DNA of 64,000 nucleotides from Mytilus trossulus (Eukaryota): NCBI RefSeq assembly GCF_036588685.1, contig NC_086373.1, positions 372,001 to 436,000 of the forward strand, read 5' to 3'. Shown piece by piece: positions 50,286 to 62,999 of this stretch (position 1 is its first letter; each line of letters starts with the position of its first letter). The notes under the pieces were generated by a model. It saw only the letters and a program-made list of their open reading frames with translations, ran no database searches and was not told where the DNA came from. The position numbers and the translations under genes were made by a program.

Positions 50286-51159
50286 TCTATTATATAACAA
50301 GTTCAACTATTCATGCTACTGGCAGCAATTTCAAATAAGAAGACAAACTTGTCGCATCTTTTCAATTTTGATGCAGGGGTGCAAATTAGCGGTGGTCCGA
50401 GGTTCGCGACCTTCCACTTTTGCAAGCGCAATGTCGAGTTGGTTTCTAACTACGCCCGACGGCGTCACCTTTACTTGAAAGAACATAAGAAATAACTTAA
50501 CAAACCTTTTGCAAAACCTTCATAAACGATCTTAACAAATATTTATCATTATTATTCATGACAGCGATGTTCATTTTATTCAACCACTAGCTTTATACTG
50601 AAAAATAATGTGTTAATTTTAGTAGAATTGTATCTGATTGACAAAGACAACATTGTAAACACAATAACAATGGCTGCCGCGAAGACAAAAGTTTACAATA
50701 TCCGGTCCGATTCAGGAAGCGGATACGGGTAATTCCGGGTTTTGGCGATTTACTACAAAACAATCCAGGCAGGTGACAAAATACATATATGCATTGTAAA
50801 TGAATATAAACACTAGATTTGAAAACCAAAAGATATATGTAAAAGAAAGAAAAGGCAGAAAATATTTTATTTATTACTTGTTGACAAATTTTAATGTCAA
50901 AACCCAATACAATGTGACAATTGTGAACAGTATATCTAACACTATATATGTTCATGGTCACAGTATAATTTTGTTTTATCAGTGTTAAATGTATGATCAT
51001 GCATATTACTGAAATTTTGAAGGGGTATTTGTTCTCAATGTTGAAGGGTCAATTAAAGTAGCTGGCAGTTTCTTACTTCATTTTCACAAATAATACAACT
51101 TTATTATATATAATACCTGAATGTAAGCAAATCATATGATATATAGGTGTTGTCTTTTG

Positions 51160-51500
51160 GACCACTCTAATCCCTCCTACTTGATAACTTGGAAACGGTC
51201 AAGATCCCCACCCCTAAACCATATATTGAAGTATAGGACAATATAATAAATCAAATAAAATATAGGGGGAGTCCCTGGAGTCACCCCACCCCCTCCTGTT
51301 TGAGAACTTGGAAACGGTCGAGATCCCCATCCCTAAACCATATATATGCATGTATGGGACAATATAACAAATCAAATGCAATGTAGGTGAAGTCCCTAGG
51401 GTCACCCTACCTTTTCCTGTTTGAGAACTTGAAAACCGTCGAGATCCCTACCCCTAAACCATATAAATTCATGTATGGGAAAAAATAACAAATCATTTAC
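51160..51500. repeat. ~120-bp tandem repeat, ~2.7 copies
   Basis: ttga(t/g)aacttg(g/a)aa..gtc.agatccc..ccctaaaccatat at 51181, 51300 and 51421. Confidence 0.85.
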
Positions 51501-53971
51501 ATTCACTATGGGAAGGTCTGTCATACCTCACCTTTGATCCCTGTAGTAGTGAACATTTGTCTGATTCATGTCTCATAACTTTTGTACTATAGAACACAAA
51601 CTCAGTTTTCTTTCCAGGGAAACCAGTCCATTCATACTATTATATGTTCGTACTAAGTCAACTTTTATTTCTAGCATTCAACAAAAACCAACGTTAACTA
51701 CCAAGTAGAACAACTGCAATCATTGCGAACTCGTATCACTTCAGACTCACCATAAAAATATACATTGATATATGCATTGCTTTTAAAACCTTGATAACAT
51801 ATAAGTTATTTGCCTTGATAATTAATTCATTAGATTAACATAAATGTACTTTATATGGATGTTTAATGTTGAAGTGACATTGAAACAGTTCTCATAATAA
51901 CTTTTGCCTTGGTTTTTGTGTTAACTGCCCTCAGCTCTTACAGTGCTTTGATTTTTGCTATGGTGTTGTTAATTTATTTTTGACGTATTAGTCCAAATGT
52001 CCCTTTGTTATATTTTGCCTCCCTAGCAAATGCCTTTTAGCCATAAGGTCTCACACCACATATGCATATTCTATAATTGGTCTAAGAGAGGTTAGCTTGC
52101 CTTGATTCAACAAAGAGAGGGGAGTTGCCTTCTATCTTTATGTAGTACTGTTAATTCATCAATTGTCTCAATGTCTTCATCAAATGCAACTTAATACAGC
52201 AACCATCTGCTTGTCTCAATAAAATTCTTTATTGGCTCATATACTCAAGTTAATACCATTGAAATTAAGTTTATGTGAGTTTTCGACTTTCTGTGTATCT
52301 GAAAGCTAGTCAAGGCGATTCGTTTAAGATTATTTGACTAATAATTGTTGTCATTTTTGTGTTTAGTTATGGTATTTTTATTCAGAGGAGGCCTTACGCT
52401 GATATGTGACAGTGACAATGCTTTGATTGTATGTTCGTTGTTATTCTGTGGTTTACATATTGTGTCGACTAATATACTTTTGGTTTTTGCGTTTTTCTAT
52501 GATGAATAGTCTTACGTGTGTTTGTGATGTGTTTCTGTCACGTAGTGTGTTCATTTAAGCTATATATTTTTACTTTTGATATAAAGCGGGAGGTTTTGCT
52601 AGTCATTAAACCAGGTTCAACCCACATTTTTACTTGAGAAATGTTCCCTTCTAAGTCAGTTGTTACCAAAAAGAACCTTTCTATGCATATTTGCGTTTGT
52701 TTTTGTTGCAATTCAGTGTTTCTGTAGTTCCTTTGATTTCCTCTGTATACATTTGATGTGTTTTCCGCGGTTTTAGTATAGTTTGGAACCCAGATTAGTT
52801 TTTCTCTTCATCGAATCGAGTTATAACATTTGAACACCGATATACTGCTGTTCATTTGTTGTCCATTCGTTTGGTGTGTTTTATCATTTGATTTTGCCAT
52901 TTGATTAAGGTCTTTCCGTTTTGAGTTTTCCTCGAAGTTAAGTATTTTTGTGATTTTACTTTTTATTATATAAAAGAGAGTTCTGAGATAGTTACTGTTT
53001 TAATATGGTTTATGAGAACGTCAAGTGACATTAAACTGTACACATGCCAAGTTATGTTATGATTGAATTAGATTTCCACATTAAATAAAAGTCTCCCACG
53101 CTCTTCTTACCTGCATAATGTTATTGCCATTCAGAACAAAACAGTCAACTCTTAAAGTCATAAGAAACCTCAAATCAAAACAAATAATGCATATGTTTTT
53201 TTATAACTCAATGGATAGTTTTCATTATAAAACTTATGTACAGATACTTTTTTCTGAAGAAAATTCTTTAATTTATTCATATTTAGAAGAGTTTACTTTC
53301 CAGGAAGCAATTCCCCTGACATATTTTCCGTACAGAGTGACCTCAGTGTGACACATCTCGTAACAATCCGGTGAACACAATACGCATGGATGTCCTTAAA
53401 ATAAACTATTATCTGAATGCCATGGTTTTTGTTGATTTTTTGTCGATTGTTGACAAACAGTTGACAATCGTTCAACTTCGGCTTTAAAACACGAAATTTA
53501 ATTACCTGCCAAATGTTCACAACTACACTGACCGATTGAAAAAAAAATTGACGATTATACGAAATTTACACGAAAAAAATTATAAATTCGTGCACATAAA
53601 AACTAAGTTTATGATGTTTGTGTGCATTGGTTCCAGACTTGGATAAACTTTATTTTTCACCAGTCACTCGTTTCTTATGACTTTAAGGTAAAATATTGAT
53701 TGCATAAATAGTTTTACATTGTATTTATTTAAAAACACAGAGACAGATTTCGATAAAAATACATCAAGAAACTACTTGATAAGAATCTACAGTCATTAAA
53801 TGATCGGTTCACTTTTTTCCACTCTCCTACATGTAGGTACGATAATACATAAAAAACACTAAAATGTGAAAAAACGTAAACGCATGGACAAACGTTAGTA
53901 ACATGAAGTCAAATATTAAATACTAAAGGCACGAATGTTTAGGAACAGCAGATTAATATTTCTTTAAGGTT

Positions 53972-54704
53972 TTATGCAGGATAGCATCTGATTTCCTGTT
54001 CGATGCCATGTTTCAAATTGCATGTTTCTGTCATGGCTATTACCGCACAACTCCCTTCTCTTTTTACGACTTTTAAATTTTTGTCTGCGAGCAGGATTTC
54101 TTTTTATATCTCCCATTACAGACGTTACAAAATTACTGTTGTCTTTTCTGTTGTAAATGGCTACAGTCACCATTCCTTGCAGTCTCAAAGATGTTTTAAA
54201 GGTAAAACTAAATTGTTTTTCTTTAACCTGGACTTCAGCATTCAACAGTGACCTTGGTGGTACAGTCAAATTACCCTCTGTCACCCATGTCAACGTTTTA
54301 TTTTCTGAGTTTTCCCGGGTACTTTCAATGGACCACCCCTTTTCAAATCCAACGGAAGCCTCTGCAACATCACCAGGAGCTGCCAAGGTTAAACCAACAT
54401 TCAAACCTTTGGTAAATCCTTTTTTCTTGTGCAAGTTGCTATTGTCTGACTTTCAGTTTTCAAGGAATGAGTCTGGGAAGTAACACTGTCGTTGCAAAAC
54501 ACAAATTTAAAAATTACACGTGATTGTGTCCCAGCTGCTCCTTGACATTTATAATCCAGTATCTCAGATATTATTTTGACACGATCCCAATTGATATCTA
54601 AATAAGCGTCCTCCAACGTCATAGAAGGGGCATTTGATATAGTCTTTTGGTAAGAATTTCATGCCCAAGTCTGTACCGTATCTTCTAAATCTATTATTCC
54701 CTCC
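53972..54704 (-). pseudogene. LIN-24-like / ETX-MTX2 (aerolysin-fold) beta-pore-forming protein, disrupted
   Basis: Reconstructed EGIIDLEDTVQTWA*NSYQKT...INWDRVK...VIFKFVFCNDSVTSQTHSLKTESQT/KGFTKGLNVGLTLAAPGDVAEASVGFEKGWSIESTRENSENKTLTWVTEGNLTVPPRS...GDIK/EIL...TCNLKHGIEQEIRCYPA*. Shows Ser/Thr-rich strands, an amphipathic hairpin and the VPP motif. One in-frame TGA (~54660) and frameshifts at ~54420 and ~54103. Confidence 0.75.
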
Positions 54705-56516
54705 GATATAATGACAATAAATGAAACAAACCGATATATTGCTATGAATAAAAAAACTGGCAAATTAAATGTGTATGTTAACTATAAAATTTTACCATGG
54801 CACAATTGAAGTACTATGGAACTAAGAAAATTTGTAATGATAATGATTTGCTGTGAACTCGAGGGACTGGATGTGTTTTACAGAATAGAACACAATGGCA
54901 AAATAGAACAACGAATACAAAAAAGGAAGAAAAATAACCTTTTGATAATAATAGAAAACTGATCGCAGATATAAACGATGTTTATAATAGAAATAATATC
55001 ATAAAAATGGATGTTGTTGTGATTGGTTTTGGAAGGCGGCTTACTTGTGTAGTAATTGCGCCTTAAATTCATATAACATAATTTAAGATATTATGTATAT
55101 ATACTTTCAGTCTTGAATTTATTTTTAGTATTACGTTTTGGCGAGTTATCTTATGAAACTTTGACGAACATGGTTGCTGACTTACTAGGAAATATATATA
55201 TGTTGAGAGACAACAAAAAAAAAAAACAAAAAAAAAACACATATCAGAAAGTACATGTACTATGAAAATGAAAAAAAATCAAGAGCAAATGATAGTCCCT
55301 AATGAAATGTACATTATAAATTGATAGTTGTCATAAAATCGTCAGAAAATTTATATGGTTGTTCGCCTTTGTGTCGTCTGTGATATACTTATATACATGT
55401 ATATAAAAAAAGTATATTTAGAAACCGGTAACAAGACATGTGCTAGTTATATGCTACCAATGTAAGGACGTCTCCCTCGATTGGTGTAGCAAATAAAGAA
55501 TCCTTAAGGAAGGATTGATTGTAGTTTTTCCTTTTCCATAATGGTAAGTTGCATCAATTTTTCCCAAATAAATTGCCAATATATAAATAATATATAGAAT
55601 ATACAGAAGTGCTGGGATGTGCATATATATAATCCTACAATAATCTGTGTGTGTTTGTCTAACTGACATCCTCTAGTACAAATTTTAGAATCTATCATTT
55701 TATTATCATAGAAAAGGATTCAACTCTAAGACTTGTTTCTATTCTAATAATGTATGAGCGTAGTGATTGTGTTTCTTTATTTTTCTTAATTTCTATCAAT
55801 AAGAGTATGACTATAGTTGTCAGTTTATGAAAATCTGAGAGGACATATTGTATTTTTGTTTAAGCTTTAAAGACTTTTAACATATAACGTTAAATAATTA
55901 AGATAAATGTTAGTGGCACTTTCATATAAAAAAGGCCTGTAACAAATGTTTCTATTGTTGATTATCTGAGCATAGTGCGATGTGTTTGTTGTTTTCATAT
56001 CTTCAAAAAAATATGACTGTAATTGTCCATTGTAGAGAATCTTGATGTGATGTTGTATTTTCCCTTAACATGTACTGTTTACTTATCTAGTATAATAATC
56101 ATCAATAGATCAGAGTGATTAAATTGAATGTCGATACTTGTTAAATTTAAATGCGTGAATTTCATGGTCAATTAGTACTGGTGTTTGAAAGGCGAATGAT
56201 TTACTGATGTATGACACAGGTAGAAAAAGTCTGTTTGATTACGCTCAAAGGACTGACACAAAGGTGAAGTGTGCATTGCACTTGTGACTTGCTTATGCAA
56301 GTTCTAAATAAATTTAAAAAGGAAATTATTTCAAATTCGGGTGAGTTTTTCATTTATCTTTAATCTTGCTGGTTGTATACTGAATTGATGAAATATTTTA
56401 ACTTAGCGACCATCTGAAAAATAATTCATATACACTTGTTCCAAATACATAATTATTTGTTTTATGATCTCTAAACTAAAGCTAAATGGCACTTATACAT
56501 GTAGTTGAGAGTCTTC

Positions 56517-57790
56517 CTATTTCCTTATAAGTATATTAGTTTCCCGTAGATAGGTATGCACGGGACTGAAAGTGTGTGTGTTTCCGGATAGAAGGTGTTT
56601 CAACGAGAGATCTACGACTCCGTTATTTTTAAGCATATCAAACATCTGTTTACGTTGCACATCATATTTTGAGCAGACTAATAGGAAGTGTACTACATCG
56701 TCTGTGACTTTGCAGTTTTCAAAAATTTCACTCGGACTTTTCCCTATTTTGTGTAGATATTTATTTACATTAAAAGAGCCAGATCTTAATCTGAATATAA
56801 TTCGTTCATTTTCTCTATTCATTTGTGGTATAGTAATCTTAAATGATACATTTTTTTGGAAGGAGTGTAGTAATCTACCCTTTGGGTTGTCTGACCACTG
56901 TTTTTGCCAAATTTGTTTTAAAATGTTTTTTGTTAAACATTTGATGTCTTCTTTATAAAATGGGAATATGACAATCTATTGTATCTTTATTAAGAGCCAC
57001 TTTGGCAGTCTGGTCTTCAATTTCGTTTCCTAAAATTACGACGTGTTTTGGGATCCACTCAAATATTATGTTGCTATGGTTGACCGTTATGGAATAACCG
57101 TTTCACAAATGATATCGGATATGTTCCTTACGTCGTAACTACAATCCCCTTCCCTTTCATGAATTTGACCTACCGAATTAGACTATTTACCGGATTTGTA
57201 ATCACATAAGCAACACGACAGGTGCCGCATGTGGAGCAGGATCTGCTTACCCTTCCGGAGCACCTGAGATCACCCCTAGTTTTTGGTGGGGTTCGTGTTG
57301 TTTATTCTTTAGTTTTCTATGTTGTGTCATGTGTACTATTGTTTTTCTGTTTGTCTTTTTCATTTTTAGCCATGGCGTTGTCAGTTTGTTTTAGATTTAC
57401 GAGTTTGACTGTCCCTTTGGTGTCTTTCGTCCCTCTTTTGCTACCTAGTTTGACTAACTGATTGTATAAAAATATAATGTCGTATAATAAATAATGTTTT
57501 ACCTTAAATAAATTACTCTTTAAGGCTTGGAGAGCTGAAAGAGAGTCGACAAACACAACGAATTTATTTGGTTTAAATTCTTCTAACCACATAAGAGACA
57601 GAAATATTGCCATAAGCTCACAAGTGAAAATTGACATATTCTTAGGCAGTTTGAAACCTTTTTTTATTCCCATTTCAGGTATTGCGAATGCACATGAGGT
57701 TTTATTAGAATTTGGATCTTTAGATCCGTCCGTATATATTTTAAAAAACTGGCGGTACTGCTTATCAATCACGAAGTTACTTTCAATTCG
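56517..57790 (-). mobile_element. 3' fragment of an RNase H-containing LINE (I/Nimb-like)
   Basis: KIYTDGSK, SIFTCELMAI, VFVDSLSALQAL, EWIPKHVVILGNE and a degenerate CCHC tail ENCKVTDDVVHFLLVCSKY. Confidence 0.85.
57077..57437 (+). mobile_element. 361-bp Penelope-tail-like retroelement inserted in the LINE with TTGCTA target duplication
   Basis: ttgcta at 57071-57076 and 57438-57443; removing the insert restores VKLGSNIIFEWIPKHV. The same 3' end (gagtttgactgtccc..ggtatctttcgtccctc) recurs at ~10500 (-), ~17240, ~59940, ~61705 and ~63725. Confidence 0.8.
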
Positions 57791-58186
57791 AATTTAAAAG
57801 TGTGGATTATCCTTTATCGAGATGAGACTTGAGAGTTGTGTACATACACGGGGTTATGAAAATGCATGAAAAATGTAGTAAAATATTCCTTGACATTTAT
57901 ACCGAATAAAAGTAATTTTCAAAGACAAGAAAGAATACTTTTTAAACACGGTGCTACGCCATAGTCTACCATGAGTACGAAATGACAAATAAAAGTTCGA
58001 TTCACATGTTGTAATCATAATTATGTTATATTATCAGTGTTTTCATCTGTTATGCTTTTACTCTAGTTTTTTCAGTCTTTGTTAAAATCATGAGACATTG
58101 TAAAAATTAAATAAAAATATTACTTCAACGTATTAAAAGATATAACCGAACTTATAGATATATTTTGTTTTTCTAAACTGTCTTAC

Positions 58187-58408
58187 CTTTCTTCTTTCAA
58201 AACGTCCTCTGAGTTCTTATGAATAGTATGGAATACACATCCAGACAGAAGACGCCTTTTTTATAGGCCAGTACTGACAACAGGGGTACAAAAAAAGATT
58301 TTAAGAAGTTTTAATTTTATGAATTTTGTTTTTATTAGTTTATAAAATATCACAATTCAAATATGCTAATTTGCATATAGGTAGGGTAAATCTGCCATGA
58401 AAATTTCC
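58187..58408 (-). promoter_or_regulatory. Candidate core promoter and non-coding first exon (possibly of the pore-forming gene)
   Basis: TATAAAAAA (58265-58257), strong donor AAG|gtaaga at 58187, octamer ATGCAAAT (58376-58369) and kB-like GGAAATTTTC (58408-58399). Confidence 0.4.
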
Positions 58409-58771
58409 ATTGCATATGCATTAATTTAGTTCGAGATTTAAATTATATATGTATTTTAAAACGGTTTTAATCATTTTTTTTTCAAAAGTTGAATAGAGGG
58501 TACTGTATGTTTGAATGACTATTTGCTATTTTAGGAATATGTCCTATATATATGTATAATAGTATAAAGGTCATCAACCAATTGTTATGTCTTTAGAATA
58601 TATTGATACTAAGTCATCTGTATGGACAGATTGCATATGCAATAATATTAAGTTCAACATTTTGTTTTTATTCTTAATAAGCATGTTTAAATATATTTTA
58701 TATATTTATTTGTTGTGATGTTGTTTATAGAGTCTGGGATTCGATCTGGCTTTATAGATATTTTGATATGG

Positions 58772-58815
58772 GCGTCACTGATGAGTCTTATGTAGACGAA
58801 ACGCGCGTCTGGCGT
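58772..58815 (+). ncRNA. Minimal type I hammerhead ribozyme, cleavage after 58809
   Basis: GCGTCA-CTGATGA-GTC TTATGTA GAC-GAAA-CGCGCG-TC-TGGCGT. Confidence 0.85.
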
Positions 58816-59116
58816 ACTAAATTATAATCCTGCTACCTTTGATAACTATTTACACCACTGGGTCGATGTTACTGCTGGTGGACGTTTCGTACCCGAGGGT
58901 ATCACAACCCCAGTAGTCAACATTTCGGTGTTGACATGAATACCAATAATGTAGTCATTTTTATAAATTTCCTGTTTACAAAATTTTGAATTTTTCGAAA
59001 AACTATAGGATTTTTTTTATCACAGGCATAGATTACCTTAGCCGTATTTGGCACAACTATTGGGAAATTTTGGACCCTCAATACTCTTGTTTAGCTTTCT
59101 AAATATTTTGATATGA

Positions 59117-59160
59117 GCGTCACTGATGAGTCTTATATAGACGAAACGCGCGTCTGGCGT
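59117..59160 (+). ncRNA. Minimal type I hammerhead ribozyme, cleavage after 59154
   Basis: GCGTCA-CTGATGA-GTC TTATATA GAC-GAAA-CGCGCG-TC-TGGCGT. Confidence 0.85.
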
Positions 59161-60249
59161 TCTAAATTAAAGTCCTGGTACCTTTGATAACTATTGTTTA
59201 AAATTATAACCAAGTTAACAATGCAATAACATCTTTGAATACATCTCAGAAGTTCACTAACTAAACAATGTGGCGAGAAATTCCCGCACCCGGAGGCGTC
59301 CTTCAGCTGGCCCCTAAACAAATATATACTAGTTCAGTGATAATGAACGCCATACTAATTTCAAAATTGTACACAAGAAACTAAAATTATAATAATGTAA
59401 GACTACCAAAGGCCAGAGGCTCCTGACTTGGGACAGGCGCAAAAATGCGGCGGTGTTAAACATGTTTATGATATTTCCACCCTCCCCCTATACCACCTCT
59501 ATCCAATGTAGAAAAGTAAACGCATAACAATACGCACATTAAAATTCAGTTTAAAAGAAGTTAAAGTCTGATGTCAAAAGATGTAACCAAAGAAAATAAA
59601 AAAAATGACAATAATACATAAATAACAACAGACATCTAGCAGTTTACTGACATGCCAGCTCCAGACTTAAATCAAACTTTTTGAAAGATTATGATTTCAT
59701 CATATGAGTATCAGACACAATCCTTTCAGTTAGGATCATACCATCATAACATATATGAGAAGAACAAAACCCGTGTCATGCCAACAACTGCTTTTTTAAT
59801 AAATGTATTTAGTTCCGATGCAAAGACCCTATAAGTGAATCAATATTAACGCCAAAATATGCAATCTTTAATGACCTGACAACAGTATCGTCATTTTTAA
59901 TTTTTAGCCATGGCGTTGTCAGTTTTTTTTTCAATTGATTAGTTTGACTGTCCCTCTGGGATCTTTCGTCCCTCCTTTATGGGCATTATGTTTCCTGGTC
60001 TAAGTGTTCTGTCGTTTGTTCGTTCGTTTGGTCAAGCTAGTTTCTGATGAATTTGAAGACCTATCAACATGAAATTTAGTATACATGTTCCTTATGATAT
60101 CATCTTTGTAATTTTATAGCCAAAATAAGAGTTTTGACCCCGATGTTTTGGCCCACTACACATGGAAAATGATAGTGCACAATGGGCACATTCTTCTATG
60201 TTTTTTATTTTGAATCTGGAGGTAGGTGGTAAGTAAGCAACGAGTACTT

Positions 60250-60920
60250 TTCTTTGTAAGGAATTCTAGCGACTGTCATACAAGTGAGAGATCCTTCATG
60301 CCGTCGTCGGTGTCGTCGTCGGCGGATGCGTCTTCAAGTGTTCACTCTGTAGTTCGAGTTTTTGACATTTTAATTGCTTTCTTAAACTATCCTAGATTTT
60401 TACCTAACTTGGTCAGAATTGTTAATGATCATACGATAATATCCACAAGAACATTTCTTATATATAAAAAAAATCCTGTTTATTCAAATTTTACTCATAA
60501 ATGGACTTAGATTTTGTGCAAGTTAACATAATAATCCCTCTGTGGATCAAGTTTTAAAATTTTCGATAACTTTCTTAAAATATCCTAGATTTCTACTAAA
60601 CTTAGACAGAAATTTGTTTATGATTATATAATAGCATCAAGAAGTAAATTTTGCTAAACACAAAATCTTGTTTATCCGCATTTTGTTTATAAATGCACTT
60701 AGTTTTTCTTCCAGTAAAATTGCATACAGTTAAAAGTTTAGAACATTTATTACATTCATAAACAATCTTGACTTTTTACCAAACTGGGACAGAAGCTTTT
60801 TACACCAAACGATAGTATGAAGAGGATTTGTTTTTATTATTTTTTCTCCATTTTAGTTGAATCTGTGACCAACTGCAAGAGAAAGCCAGACACTGAGTTT
60901 CGTAGAACCCTAACACATTT
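60250..60920. mobile_element. HINE/Helentron-like element with internal ~190-bp repeats
   Basis: (gtc)n tract near the start; repeated tatcctagattt.tac.aaactt.gacagaa blocks at ~60390, ~60580 and ~60765. Confidence 0.5.
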
Positions 60921-62999
60921 TCTACATGTGAAAAAGCATTACCAAGTCAGGAATATGGCATTAAATTACGGACTTTCCGTTATCAATTTTCCTAAAAGTT
61001 CCATTTGACGTTGTTCGGTACGTATACATCCAGCCAATGTGCTACGGTAATGTTTTGTTTTATAATCTTTTTGTAATTTTTCACACATCGTTGTCAATAT
61101 GATTGAATTTTGTGCGACTATCATACAAGGGTAAGGGTTAGGTTTACAAGAGTTTTGGGAAGTTATAAAACAATATTTGATCCACTTTTTTCTACAGAAG
61201 GAAAAGCCTATACCAGGTCGGGAATATGTTATTTTGCCATTTTATTTGGGACTTTTGTTTTGAATTTTACTCCGAGTTCGTTTTTTTATTTAACGTTTTA
61301 CATGTTGTAATGTCCACATCAAATTAAAATAATCTGAAGACCAAATTAGTAACGAAGTTTCGACAACCCAAGTAAAACAAATGCGACAACCCCATGATAA
61401 GAAGCTCCTGAAATTTTTAGGACAGTTATAAAAAAAGACTGGAGAATTAAATCATTGAATTTGAAATGTAACACGAATACAGGAAAGATGACTGCTTGTT
61501 TCTTCATTTAAGTTGTTTGTGAGATGACTGTCTTGACTTTATTAAGTAGAACCTTTCCTTTTTCAACCGGAAAATAAAAGAAAAGTGAAAGATACTAAAG
61601 ATGTATTCCAGCGTATTAATTGTAGATAAACCTGCCAAAATAAGTTTTGTTCGAGGATAAATGATTCATGAGTTTATGATGAAACATGAGTCATGAATTT
61701 ATGAGTTTGACTGTCCCTTTGATATCTGTCATCCCTCTTATATTCAACTGTCCGGATTCGAAAACATTTTTCACGGTAAAAAGGTATTTTGTTTTTGGAC
61801 ATGTTAGAAAAGATGATATTTTAAAAGTATGTATAGTCAGAGAAGTAATCATAACTTAGTGTTTAGAACGACACATTCCTGTGGATATTTTCATTTAGTA
61901 TTTTTCTGCAGCAGCAGAGGTGTCGAATAAAAATTGCAACGTTCTCAACTTTGAAGAGTAGAACCAAATTGTTCAAAGCTATAAAAAAAAAAATGAAACG
62001 CTTAGATACGCTAACATTAAACGAGGCACTTATTTACAATATACAAATAATACTGAAACTTTTTTCAAATAAAATGATCCTCAACAAAATTATATGACTT
62101 TTTATGGTATTTTATTTGTTTTGGGATTTTATTTATGTTTAAGAATTAAGACTCTGAATAAGTTAGCTTCTGTTTATATGGTTTGTATTTTGATAGATTG
62201 TCATTGCAATATGTTTGACCTGTCTCGCTTTCTCGTTAACTAAATTCACACCGTAGCTTAGACGAATGTCAGCTCCATGAGATATTTTTCATCAATGAAG
62301 CTTTTCAAATATTACCCGATCCGAGAACTCTCGAGAGTAATACAAATACTATTTTTAGGCTGAAATGGTATCATATGACTTAATTTGTCTTATAATAAAC
62401 AGTTCGTTGATCAAATCAAATATCAAAAAGTCTTTCAACTAAAAAAATGCAATTTGTACTGAATGAACCACGAAAGAATGAGATTAAAAAGTCATAGAAA
62501 TATAAGGCACATGATATCGTACTTAAAGATGCCGTTGGTTCTAACCTATTTACTCATTAGTAGTATTGATTCCAACCAGTTTAACTTTAATAATTAAACC
62601 TTGTTATAAAACACTAATTAGTTTGTTTTACAATCAATCCTTTCACCATTTTGACACTTAGTCATTAAGCTCTTTGTTTATTATATTATTAAGAAGAAAA
62701 ATATTCAGTAAAAATTTTGATTGAAATTTAAAAAAAAACAAATGTTCATTTATAAAAGTAAAATTAACATTAAATTAAAATACGTATTAAACTTCATCTC
62801 TATAATTTCTATTAGAAAAAACACAGAGATGTTTACCTTAAAATGTAGAATTCGCAAGAAGAAAAAATTCTTTGAAACACAAAAATGTCATATTCGTATC
62901 ACATATTGAATAAACTTTTTACATGTATACGTAGACTACAACTTAATACATGGAACATTTACAGCAGATGCGATAATTATTTGTGACCACATGCCTGCC

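Larger units (their letters stand above)
58745..59195 (+). mobile_element. Family-A retrozyme with two hammerheads in tandem (345-nt monomer 58810-59154)
   Basis: CTGATGA at 58778 and 59123; both cores and both GUC triplets intact. Confidence 0.85.

Noticed and set aside
35730-50306. Over 100 near-identical 61-aa ORFs (MFVLLLQ.PRLGRV.NKHY...) as a peptide gene array
   Set aside because: They overlap at 71-bp offsets and cycle through three frames of the satellite unit. Most start at TTG/GTG-type codons and have no gene structure.
54660-54662. In-frame TGA as selenocysteine or programmed readthrough
   Set aside because: The position fits a Trp (TGG) mutation, two frameshifts co-occur, and no SECIS element was recognised.
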